This document shows, piece after piece, positions 25,142-36,898 of a DNA stretch of 64,000 nucleotides. The notes beneath the pieces are model-generated. The model was not told the origin of the DNA and searched no databases. It was given only the letters and a program-made list of their open reading frames with translations. Where the stretch lies: the NCBI RefSeq assembly GCF_006345805.1, contig NC_042998.1:80476001-80540000 (forward strand). Direction: 5' to 3'. The translations under genes were made by a program, and so were the position numbers. Numbering within the stretch: the first letter of the stretch is position 1; each line of letters begins with the position of its first letter. The stretch is from Octopus sinensis. Lineage: Eukaryota.

Positions 25142-26462
25142 TGATTTTTTTTATTACACACAATGCGCCAACAAGGAGGGGACAATACAAACACATGTGG
25201 GGGACATATAACACAAAAATTAAAAATAAAATAAAACAAAATTAACATATGACAACATGTATGATTCATGAAAAATGATTAAATGAAAATGAGCTGCCAG
25301 CCCCACCTCTAGCAGCGTCGCTTACTTCTTTTTGAGTCCTGTTACTTTTAGCACGTCCAGACCAAAATGATCTTTTGGTACCTCGTACCGTATTCTTGCT
25401 GGTATCTTTTTAGGTCCATGTCCAACTTGCAGCATTTATGTCCCTTCTTATGTTTCACATTTGCATCCCTTTGTCATTGCGATACCAACACGCAGAAGTC
25501 CCAACCCACTCTACTTGCCTGTCCCTCCATATCCACAAATTTTGCTGTCCTCCACCCAGTCACCTCATTGATCAGTTCTTCATCCGCATCTTCCGTTAAT
25601 GCACATACGTATCTTGTTTCACTGGGGAGGAGATTTTTTGTATTTTACGTCTGTTTCTCCTCTTTTTTCTTTTTAATTTGTAAAGGAAGGGAACGGGTGC
25701 GTTTGGTATCTGCGTAGAGAGAGTGGGTCTCAGCAGGTGTGGGTGGGGTGGCGATGGCTTGGGGTTCCACTTCATATTGACCTTTCTTCCTTTTCTTTCG
25801 TCTTCCCTCTGTCATACTTCCTCTCTCTCTTTTTCATACATCCTCCATACTTCATATCTCTCTTTTTCCTCTTGTTCCTTTTCAGACTTCTCTACCTTTT
25901 CCGCACTTGGCTTCTGCAGAAGGCAGTGTGCTCTAATGTGGCCTTCTTGGCCACATTTAAAACACCGAGGTATCCTGCCCTCCACCCATACTCTCAGAAT
26001 CACTTCTCCCACGGTTACTGTTTCGGCTAAGTTTTCCAATGTTTCCATATCTGCCTGCACCACGAGTTCTAATTTCTCCCCTTTCTATCTTGCTTCCTCA
26101 GTTTCTGAGGACGGCCACCTCCTCCATGTTTCCATAAAGGATAGCCGCCACGACCCAAGCCACGTCTATGTCTGGTGGGATTTCCTCGACTTTTATCAGT
26201 GACGTCCTCCTTCCAAGGTACGTGAGCAGTAGTACCACTTTATTTGCCTTTATTGTGTTTCCTGCCTGCCTCCTTGCTATTTCTTCTGTCTTGTATTGGA
26301 CAACTACTGTCCCAAATTTGTTTCCTCTAGACATGAACGCGATATCCTTGCGTACCGAGTTTAACGCTTTCACAAATATTTCTGCCTCAACTTGTTCTAC
26401 CTTTTTTCTTCTACCGCATATACTTTGTAAACAATGGTTTCTTTCATCATGTCTGCCCAACC
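25142..26462 (-). mobile_element. ORF1-only retroelement, copy A (5' end lost)
   Basis: RRM-like segment (VEAEIFVKAL..RGNKFGTVVVQY..TYLGRRTS..IPPDI) and intact CX2CX4HX4C knuckle (CFKCGQEGHIRAHC). Ends AATAAAAAAAA next to the LTR target. No RT or endonuclease. Confidence 0.8.
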
Positions 26463-26464
26463 AT

Positions 26465-29430
26465 TGATGTCGAGACTAAAAGTTTTGGGTGTGCGCGATA
26501 GAATGCGAACTAGTCCTTTATAGGAAGGAACGAGCAGTCCTCTGACAGAATCATTCCGAACAAAAACACGAGTCCATTTGTCAATGTCCGGTCGGGCGTA
26601 AGAGGGATAGACTGGTCACGTGGATGCATGGGTGGAAGACTCGAGAAATACGAGCAAAGTCTGGTGACATACGACGTTGGATCAGGATGCGATGAATTGT
26701 CTGGCGCTAACATTGAACCAGGAAGTGCCAGAGTGGTACCATAAAAGAGTTTGGCAGAGGAGAAACCTAAATCTGTCTTAACAACAGTGCGACGACCAAG
26801 AAGAACAATAGGCAAGACTGCGGATCAGGAGTGGTGTGTACAGCAGCCTTCAGTTGCTCGTGAAAACGTTCGACCATCCCGTTAGAAGCTGGATGGTAGC
26901 TAGTTGAATGTGATGAACGTCTAGGATTCATGATAATTCACGAAATAAGGAAGCTTCGAACTGGCGTCCACGATCAATGTTTATTTTAGCTGTGACACCA
27001 AAGCAAGCAATCCAGTTAGAAAAGGAAGCTCGAGCGACTGACTCAGCAGAAATGTCCACCCGCTACAGGAATGGCTTCAGACCAACGAGAGAGACGATCG
27101 ACGAATGTCAATATGAAAGAGAAACTGCGACTGACAGGCCATGGTCCAACCAGATCAATGTGGACATGGCAGGAGCGGGTCTCCAGCGGAGAAAACTGTC
27201 CAAGAAGAGCGTGAATCTGCCTGTGGATTTTAGAACGCTGGCATTTCACACAAGAGCGTGCCCAAGCAGTGATCATCTGGTGCATATTAAGCCAGAAAAA
27301 ACCGAGCCGTAATAGACTTCACCGAGGCAGCAATGCCAGGATGTGACAGTGAATGCAAAGCATCAAAAACGGAATGCTTGTGGTTTTTAGGTACAAATGG
27401 TCTGGGAGAACCATTAGCTTTGTCACAAAGGATTGTACCTTCAGCAGATGGAAGTGGAAGATAGGTAAACTTGCAACAGGACAACTTGGTAGAAGTTAGA
27501 TCCAATGTGTCCAGAGCTGGCTTATCCTGTGCAATGGCAGTTAAATCGATTGCAGCAGGAGATGAAAGAGAACACACAGAGAGATGAGAGAGTGCGTTAG
27601 CAGGTACGTTCTCTGTTCCAGGTATATGCCGAATGTTACTTGTGAACTGGGAAATGTAGTCCAGGTGATGAAAAGCACGAGACGAGTGTTTGTCCGATTT
27701 AGATGACAGAGCAAACGTAAGAGGCTTGTGATCAGTATAAATCACAAAATCTCGGCCCTCGAATTGATGTTGAAAATGATGAACCGACAGATAGATCGCT
27801 AAGAGTTCATGATCAAACGTACTGTAACGACGTTCAGCTGGCTTTAATTGACGAGGAAAAAAATGCCAAAGGTGAAGCCTGATTATCGACGGTATTTTGT
27901 AAAACAGCACCAACCCCAGAATGCGATGCATCAACTGATAAAGAGAGACGAGCATCAGGAACCGGATGTGCAAGCAGAGGAACAGACGCTATTTCCTTCT
28001 TGATTGACTCACGGACAACTTCGTCAATAAACCTCTGGAATATGCTCGTTGCATTCCGCAAACCGAAGCTCATAAGCAGGAACTCAAAACTCCCAAAAGG
28101 GGTGGTAACGGCAGTTTTGGGAATGTCGTCAGGGTTCATCGGAATCTGATGATAAGCCCGGATGAGGTCAACATTGGAAAAAATAGTACAACTATGCAAG
28201 TTTGAAGAAAAGTCCTGGAGATTCCTTATAGAATAGCGATCGGGAACAGTAACCGCATTCAAACGTCTGTAATCCCCCGCCGAACGAAAATCTGAATCCC
28301 CTTTCCATGCCAAATGTAGAGGAGATGCCAAAGGGCTGGTGGAGGGGTGAATAAGGCCGAGTTGAAGCATATGCTCAAACTCAGATCGAACCGTTTTGAG
28401 CCGATCAGGGGCGAGTCGCCGTGGATGTGAAAAGACGGGTGGTCCAGAAGTAGTGATATAATGGCAAGTCGAGTGTGTGACTTTAACTGAGTTGAAAGTC
28501 GGATCTACCAGTTCTGGGAAAGAAGCCAAAAGGGAGTGGAACTGGTCACCAGCAGTAGCGGTAAAAATTGACGGGTCGAGAACAGCATTAGTAGTAACCC
28601 GAGTAGGCGTAAACAAAGACGTAGAATCATCCATGAGTCTCTGTTGCCTGACGTCTTCTCATAAGTGAAAGTGGTTTAAGAATTCCGCGCCCAGAATGGG
28701 GTACAGTAGATCTGCTACAACAAAAACCCACCTAAAATCCCTTCGAAGGTTGAGATCTAGATTTAATGAGACCTAACCGTAAGTTTTTATCAGGGATAGA
28801 TTCACCGTGTGCAGGTTAATGGCAGATTGCTTCGGCTTGTCTGAAGTAAGACGCAAAGGCCTAATAGAATAGCTAGATCCGGTGTCAACTATGAACTATT
28901 CGTTAGACACACGATCCTTAACAAAGAATGCACGATGAGATGAAAAATTGTGGGAAGAATTTGACGTGTCCAAATCTTCCGCAACAAGTTTCCCAACAGC
29001 TTGAACGAACAGGACTGGATGCATCGACGGACTTTGTCCTTAAATGTGGCATGGTACCACCAGCTGAGACTGGAAACCGTTGGAGTAGAAGGTATGAAGT
29101 GCGGGCTGCATAGTAAACTCTATGATCTTGTCTGCCATGATCGAGCGAATTGGAGTCGGCCGTTGTGGCCAGTATCGATTGGACATTCGGCAGTAGACGA
29201 GAGAAAAACAATTTCCTAAGCAGAGGATTGTCCTTAAGTGGAGTGTCGCTGAGTTCTCGCAAATGACGAAGAAACTCAGATGTTTCATCCTGCATCAATG
29301 TTCGGAATTTACTCTCCGAGGATTGTGTTCCGACGGAGAACCTCGGATTTGACGGACGCGTAAGTCGCGTCCGGATGTGGGTCAGTGATGAGATCTTTCG
29401 CTGAGCGTGCAGGAGGTGAAGGCATCCCAC
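26465..29430 (-). pseudogene. Gypsy gag-pol, frameshifted and internally deleted
   Basis: gag-like LFFSRLLPNVQSILAT; protease IVDTGSS..ADLLYPILGAEFL; RT DYRRLN..DLIRAYHQIP..KTAVTTPFG..FGLRNA; RNase H DAS..YSTFDHELLAIY..TDHKPL; integrase SHPG..CVKCQ..HIDLVGP..PIVLLG. The YxDD segment is missing at about 28010. Confidence 0.92.
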
Positions 29431-29557
29431 AGTACAAAAGGTTTAGCTGTTGTTAGTTGATCTTTAGTTAAGAATGCGAGTGAAGACTGCCATTCTGTAG
29501 TTCGGGTGAGGCATCTACAACGATAAAGCTTTCGGCTGCCGAAAATTCGTTTTTTGA

Positions 29558-29569
29558 TCGGGATCACCA
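29558..29569 (-). promoter_or_regulatory. Primer-binding site, tRNA-Trp-like
   Basis: Minus TGGTGATCCCGA, 3 nt from the LTR; 11/12 to TGGTGACCCCGA, the complement of the tRNA-Trp 3' end (from memory). Confidence 0.7.
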
Positions 29570-29572
29570 TTT

Positions 29573-29894
29573 TATAATGGAATGGAAGTTTATGATACCT
29601 GTGGAGTATCTCCTTCTCCCATTATAATCATTTTGTAGTCTCAAGGATCTGGAACACGAAGAAGAAGTTCACAAACGGAGTACAATTCGATAGCTGTTTA
29701 TTTACAGAGTTCTTGTTCATGTGGTTCTCTCTCAGTGACCATCTTTATAGCAGCGCCTGGTTTGTTTTAACTCCGTACATGTAAGGTTCATTACCTCTGG
29801 AGGTAAGCATGTGGATTCAGAGCGGGACAAGAGTCCACTGTTAGCTGCTGACTACGCAGTATTTCTCAGCGTAAGCGTGAGAAGGAATGAGAGA
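29573..29894 (-). repeat. 5' LTR of the Gypsy element, interrupted at 29894 by element B and probably resuming at 32617-32682
   Basis: Adjacent to the PBS; direct repeat of 24820-25141. Confidence 0.8.
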
Positions 29895-31794
29895 TGATTT
29901 TTTATTACATACAATGCGCCAACAAGGAGGGGACATATAAAAACGAAAAAATAAAAGATTTTAAACGTATGATATACATGAATGATATAATGAAAATGAT
30001 AATGAAAATGAGCTACTTGCCCCACCTCGAGCAGCATTACTTGCTTCCTTTTATTTTTTAAATTCCGAGTCCTTTAAAATGTCTATACCATATTTCTTGG
30101 TCAGCTTCTTGTACTTTATATTGTCTGGTATCGTCTTTAAATCACAAATCACCCTCTAACACTTATAACCCCTCTTGAATGTCAATATTTCGTCTTTTTG
30201 GTTTTCGGATACCAGAACACATGAGTGCCATCCATCAATGTTTGTCCATCCTTTGACATGGACAAATCTTGCTGTCTTCCATTTTGTTATCTTATTAAAC
30301 AGTTTCTTGTCCACGCCTTCAACCATCATACACGCGAAACAATTTTCAGTTGGATGGAGAGTTTGTTGATCCTTGTGTGCTTGTATTTCTTTTTTCTCTT
30401 GCTTTGTGTAGAAGGGGAATGGGTGGATTTGGTGTCTGTCGGGGGAGGGTGGGTCTGAGAGGGTATGAGTGGGGTAGGTATGGTTTGGGGTTCTACTTCA
30501 CTCTGTTCTTTCTTCCTTTTCCTTTTTCTTTTTTCAGCTACCAACCACTGTTCTTCGTTTCTCTTTTCTTCCTGTTGCACCTTCTCCAGCTCCTTTCCAA
30601 CAACCTCCTGACTTCTCTGCTTCTGTAGAGGGCAGTGTGCTCTAATGCAGCCTTTTTGGCCACATTTAAAGCAACGAGGGGTTCTGCCCTCCAGCCACAC
30701 TCTCAACACTACATCTCCAATAGTCACCATTTCCACCATATTTTCCAGTGTTTCTGCAGTACCGTGTATGATCAGGTCCAGTGTTTGGCCTTTCCATATC
30801 AATTTTTTTGTTTTTGTAGCTTGGAGGATGGCTATTTCTTCTTTATTTCCTAGAAGTACAGCTGCCACAACCCAAACCACATCTATTTCTGGTGGGATTC
30901 CCTCCACCCTAATTCTGGAAGTCCTTCTTCCAAGATAAGTGGGATCTTTTCTGTTTGATGGACGGAATTTTCTAGTTAACTAAACAATTTGAAACTTCGT
31001 ATAGTTGTAGAATGTGTCAAAAGAAAACATTATTGTAAACAAAATTGAAAACAAAATTGTAATTCGTAACTTTAACGTAGTTTAATTCTACGAATTTTAA
31101 CCAATGAAATCGCAGCATTCGAGCTCAAATTATTTGCTGCGTCTAAAAACTCACACGCACACGTCTTATTCATCCTTTCTCTCTCGTCTGTCTTCTGTCT
31201 TCTACATGTGCTAGAAATAACAGCTATATCTCTTAAATCGATGAATTTCGTCGCCCAATAAAAATATTAACGATATTTTTTTAATATTTTCTTTGTTTTT
31301 TTTACCGAAAAGGCTTCTCCCATGGTTTTGAAGGGCCAGAAACAACAAAAACAAAACAATAATATGCCTAAATCGGTCTAGAGTTTGCGCGTGGAGTGTG
31401 AGTCGTATTATTTTTATTTTTTATTTTATCTAGTTTCAGCTCACGAGCAGTGGCCATGCTGGGGCACCGCCATTTGTAAAAATTTGCGAAATATTTTTTC
31501 ATAAAAGGATGCCCCAGCTTGTCGGAAGCTGTGATATAAATTGGGAAAAAAATCCTCGACACCAGTGCGTAATTAGTACTTAATTTATCGACCCCGAAAC
31601 GATAAAACATTGACACCCCCCCCCCCTTCTGGTTTATTTACCTTTTGTGTAAATTTGTTACGGCAAGGGGCAACTCACGAACGTGTATGTATGCTTGTGT
31701 GCGTATGTGTGTGTATGTATATGTCCGTTTGTATGTGTGTGTACGCTTATATATTAATTACTATGTGCTTGTGCAAATGTATATGCATGTGTTT

Positions 31795-31865
<71 letters not shown>

Positions 31866-32594
31866 GTGCGTCTGCTATATTTCTTTATCAATATCGATAA
31901 TGCAGAAATGATGGGATTTCATTGGTTAAAATTCGTAATACGAAGTTTCAAATTTTTTAGTTAACTAGAAAATTCCGTCCATCAAACAGAAAAGACCCGA
32001 TAAGTGGGTAGAAGGACCACTTTATTTAACTTTACTGTGGTTACAGCATGTTCTTTTGCTTTTCCTTGTCTTGAAATGGACCACAATTGTTCCGTATTTA
32101 CTTCCTCTGGCAAGAAATGTTACATCTTGCCAGATGAAGCGCAACGCCTTTTCTATTGTTTCTGCTTCCACATTTTCTATCTTCTTTCTTACACAGAATA
32201 CACTTTGTATACTATAGTTTTCTTATCCATCTCTTCCAATACTTTCTGGGTTGGTGACAACTAACGTCACCACCTACCCTACATGCCATCTTCTCATATT
32301 TTTCTATGTTTGTCAGGTCCACCTCTTTTTTTGTGACTTCTGTCACTTCCGCAAAACTTTTCTTCCTTAAGCACTTGTCTATTTTATCAACTGCTCATAC
32401 AAGCTCCTCCTCCGTAGAGGACAATTCAGACCCAGTAAGGTCCAAATAGAACATATTCTTTACCATTGCCATGACTAACTCTCCTTAAAGGCAGAGAGAA
32501 AGCACAATCAGAAAACTGCCGCAAAGCAGCACAAAACAGCCACCAATTCTTCACACAATCAGCAAATACACCAAATTAATACGAACACTATGTA
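29895..32594 (-). mobile_element. ORF1-only retroelement, copy B (complete; ~1.63 kb after removing the MITE)
   Basis: 22-bp TSD AAGCGTGAGAAGGAATGAGAGA (29873-29894, 32595-32616). ATG at 32472 (MAMVKNMF..KKSFAEV), RRM-like region, CFKCGQKGCIRAHC, basic and Pro-rich tail, AATAAA plus A-run. Confidence 0.82.
30942..31998. mobile_element. GGATC-ended MITE (Merlin-like) inserted in element B, containing SINE fragments and microsatellites
   Basis: Perfect 8-bp TSD GATAAGTG (30934-30941, 31999-32006); removal restores VLLPTYLGRRTSRI. Confidence 0.88.
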
Positions 32595-34597
32595 AAGCGT
32601 GAGAAGGAATGAGAGAGTGAATGTTGTTGGTTTCTTGCTTAAATACTGGTTGCTGGCAAGAATCTCGTTGTTGTCTTGCGCATAGTAAATGGTTGCAGGC
32701 GAGATCTCATTCTAGCAATGGCTACCAGCGAGATCTTGTTCAAAATAGCACTGGCTTCTTTTGCCTCACTACAAGTACATTTTCAATTACAATTGTATTC
32801 ATGGAATTTAAAAAGCAAATATTGAGAATGATCGTTCTTCTGGCTCCAACTCTGTTTCCACCTATTTCCGTAACTTTTCAGCATTTTTCTTTTCTTATTT
32901 TTTCTTTGTCTTCCTTTTTGGGAGGTGGGAGGGTGGGGGACTTTCGTGTGTTTGATACATCACCATAATTGTCATCTTCACTTTTGAAAGCATATTTTTG
33001 CAAACTGCCATTAATTTTTTTTTTTCAAGAGAGTTGGGAGGAAACAGTCGAGATCAAGGGAGACTGGTTCAAAACACCGTCAAGGAAAATTTGTTTAGTG
33101 CCATCAACATAACTGTAATCTATACTCTCAAAAACGCATCCCTGAAAAATTTCATTGGAAAATATGCTTCCCACCCTTTTGGCTAAGATATTCAATATGG
33201 TCCCTACCTGGGACCATCAATATTAAACTGATTTTTAGAAGTGAGAGAAGAATTAGGGGCTTGCTCCACCTTTGCCATGTGTTGACCTGGTATTGCAGTA
33301 TATCCAGGATTTAGCCCATCTAGAAACGGTGGTGTCCCAGCATGACCGCAGTTTTAAAGCTGAAACACTTCAAAGAATTAAAGTTATGAGGAACCTAATT
33401 CACAGGTGCACCAATCAGTAGTTATGTCAATTTTTGTACAAGAGGTGGTGTGTGAATGTATGAGGGGGATATACCAAATATAATTACTGGTACTCATTTT
33501 AATGATTGTTTGATAGAGGGGAGCAAGATAACGAGTATTTTGGCAGGGCTTCAACTTCCCATTTACAATAAAACTAAATACCATATTGTGTTGGCCAAAT
33601 GGCTAACTTTTAAATGTCTCTATTTACTAATGGTTTCCAAATTATGGCAAAAGGCCAGCAACTTTGGGGAAGGAGTAAGTTGTTTACATTGACCCAGTAT
33701 TCAACTGGTACTTATTTTATTGACCCAGAAAGGGTGAAAGGTAAAGTTGACCTTGGTGGAATTTGAACTCAGAATGTAAAGATAGATGAAATGCCACTAA
33801 GCATTTTGCCCAGCGTGCTTGCGATTCTGCCAGCTTGCCACCTTCGTGTCTCTATTTAACAATAGCTGATATAAATTGTGGGTTGGTTGGTTGGTTGGTT
33901 GATTCCCTAATTATACAATAGATTGGAGGATTGGAGAGAGACAAAGAGAGAAAGAGAGGGAGAGAGAGAGTAAAAGAAAGATACAGAGAAAGTCAACATA
34001 AGAGGTACAGAATGAGTGCATAGACTAGGCTGAGTGGGGCAATTAATGAGTAAAGGAATGCCCCCCCACACACACACACACAGTAAGAAATAATCATATG
34101 GATGGAGGAGGAAGAGGAGGAGGAGAAGGAATGAATATTTTTCTTTTGAAAATTAGCACTCATTTAATCATTTGCATGTGCATCAAGAAATTTGATAAAA
34201 ATCAAATTATAATTAGAGTACGTATGCCATATTTCCTGATATTACCTGTTGTAGCAAAAGCATACTTACAGTGTTACCAGTCATATGAAAGGTAACATGA
34301 TGCATTTTGGTCTTGAGCAAAACGGCGAGCTGGCAAAAACATTAGCATGACGGGCAAAATGCTTAGCGGTATTTCGTTTGTCTTTACATTCTGAGTTCAA
34401 ATTCCACTGAGGTCGACTTTGCCTTTCATCCTTTCGGGGTCGATAAATTTATTACCAGCTGGGATCGATCTAATCGACTGGCCTCCTCCCCAAAAATTTT
34501 GAGCCTTGTTCCCTAGAAATTAAAATATTTGTAAAATATATGAATGTGTGTGTATGATAAAATAATTTTAGAGATTAAATAGTTGCAATCTCTTTAA

Positions 34598-35060
34598 CCC
34601 TTTAGTGTTCACATTATTCTGCCAAAATGAATGCTTCTTCATCCACATTGTTTTGAGCTAATCATGCATTATTTTGTAGCTATGAGATTTTGATGAGGTA
34701 GCTTTTAATTTTTAAAACAATATTGTAGGGCTGGTGTGAGAGACCAGATCTGGCCAGTTTGAACATAAAACAGGCAGAATACTTTTGGCCGGATATGGCC
34801 GGTTTAAATGCTAAAGGGTTAAAGCAAGATGTTGTTTAACCCCTTCAGCATTCACATTATCCTATCAAAAGTAAAGTGTATTTATTCACATGCTTTTTAA
34901 TTAATCCTGCATTATCTTGTTGCTTTGAGATTTTGATGAAGTCATTATTAATTTTTAGAATGATATTGTAGAGTTGGTGTGAGGGGCCATATTTGGCCAG
35001 TTTAAACATAAAACAGGTAGAATATTTGGACCTGATGTGGTGTATTTAAATATTAAAGGC
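34598..35060. mobile_element. Two adjacent piggyBac-type MITEs (34598-34818 and 34840-35060)
   Basis: TTAA|CCCTTTAG..CTAAAGGG|TTAA for the first; the second is a more decayed homologue, also TTAA-flanked. Confidence 0.8.
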
Positions 35061-35258
35061 TTAACTCACTCAGTTTAGTTCTGAGTGAGCAAGGCTCTGA
35101 TCAAAAGCATTCCATTAATGACCATCCTGTCTTGATTTGCAAACACACTGTATTTAGAATGTGAAAGTGTATGGCCTGGTGGTTAGTGTGTTACACACAT
35201 GATTACAGGATCATGGTTTTGATTCCCATACCAGATGATGCATTATGTTCTTGAGCAG

Positions 35259-35496
35259 GGTGGCAAGCTGGCAGAAACATTGGCACATGCGGGCAAAATG
35301 CTTAGTGGTATTTCATCTGTCTTTACATTCTGAGTTCAAATATTATTTTTATGTTCTGGTTTCAAATTCCGCCAAGGTCGACTTTGCCTTTCATCCTTTC
35401 AGGGTCGATAAATTAAGTACCAGTTGTGTACTGAGATCAATCTAATCGACTGGCCCCTCCCCCAAAATTTTAGGCCTTGCGCCTAGAGTAGAAAAG
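35259..35496 (+). mobile_element. SINE family B nested in a CORE-type SINE (about 35170-35540)
   Basis: 17-bp TSD ATTATGTTCTTGAGCAG (35242-35258, 35497-35513). Confidence 0.85.
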
Positions 35497-36291
35497 ATTA
35501 TGTTCTTGAGCAGAACAATTTATTTCACTCCAGTCCACTCAATTATAACTCAACAGCCCTACAATAGACTGGCATCCCATAAGGAGAAATAGGTACTTTT
35601 TGATTATCACACCCCCATTAAAAAATTGGGTTATCTCCCCGACCCCACCACCATTTTATGAGAAATATCGGTACTTTTGGTTATCTCCCTCAACTAAAAA
35701 AATTGTTTAACAGTCAATAAAAAAAAATGTACAAATTAATAAACATGGAAACTGAAAAAATTAAACATATTGAATCTGATAACATTTTTATAACAAATCA
35801 TACCCTGTCTATTGAGGAGGCCAAACGTGAACAATTTGTTGAAGTATTGAATGAAGAGGGTCTAACTCTTAATCCAATCCTTTGTCGCCACATAAACTCA
35901 ATTCATTAGTGGGGAGATAACCCATTTTTTTAATGGCAATTTTTTAATGGGGGTGAGATAACCAAAAAATACCGACAAATGTAATCTCAGTTACTTATAT
36001 GCCATGAAAACCTAGTACCTGGCCCTACATCTCCCAGAACTTGATGATAATAATGATGATGTATCTAGAATTACAGTATCCTTTAATTTTTTTAAGTCGA
36101 AAGTGTTTAATGGAGATTTAGCTGTTATTTCAAGCAGGATGAGCAATCACAAAGGGGATGAACTAATGAGGTAGCTCCTATGTGGTTCCGTAATGTGCAA
36201 GAAATAGCAGCTAAATTGTCTTTAAATTTTACCTTTCTCTTCTTAGCACACACACATTAATATACATATATTATATATATATATATATATA

Positions 36292-36476
36292 TATAAACAA
36301 CTTATAAATGAGGGCAAATGAAAAAATTTTCTAATGCCAAATATGCCGAAATTAGACACGTTGTCCGTAACCATTATAATTTTTATAATTATAATGGTTA
36401 CGGACAATGTGTCTAATTTCGGTATATTTGGCATTAGAAAATTTTTTCGTTTGCCCTCATTTATAAGTTGTTTATA
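36292..36476. repeat. 185-bp hairpin (90-bp arms, 5-nt loop, 3 mismatches)
   Basis: Symmetric about 36384 with no indels. Confidence 0.93.
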
Positions 36477-36860
36477 AATTTAACCTTTAAAGGTATTTTT
36501 TAATATGCTGGCCATTGATAAAATTTTTTCGAAAATTACAATTGTATGATATGACAAACAATGGAGAAAAGATGTTCGGTAAGTTTGTGTTAAACCATGG
36601 TCATGCTTTCCAGGTTTCAAATTTTGATTCAGGACCTTTTACTTCATTTGTGGCCTGAGTGAAGTGACTTTGTTATACCAACTATAAGAATCACTTCAAC
36701 ATACTTTATTTATTGCCTTCCCTTGGGTCCTCAACTTCTGATAGAATTGTAAGGAGTGCTGTCACAATATTCAGCTGTCTTGAGCATTTTTAGACTAACC
36801 TGATACAACCCATCCCTCTCCAGCTGACTATAGATGATATCTTCTGAAAAGAAAAAAAGC

Positions 36861-36898
<38 letters not shown>

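Larger units (their letters stand above)
24820..32682 (-). mobile_element. Ty3/Gypsy LTR retrotransposon (CsRn1/Kabuki-like by recalled motifs), defective, with nested insertions
   Basis: Two ~320-bp direct repeats (24820-25141, 29573-29894), PBS, and gag-PR-RT-RH-IN order. Tentative outer boundary from a 5-bp TSD TAGTA (24815-24819, 32683-32687), the second preceded by CA. Confidence 0.8.

Noticed and set aside
25142-32594. The CCHC ORFs as the Gypsy gag or as host zinc-knuckle genes
   Set aside because: The Gypsy has its own gag remnant at about 28.9-29.4 kb; these ORFs lie inside the LTRs with their own A-tail and TSD.
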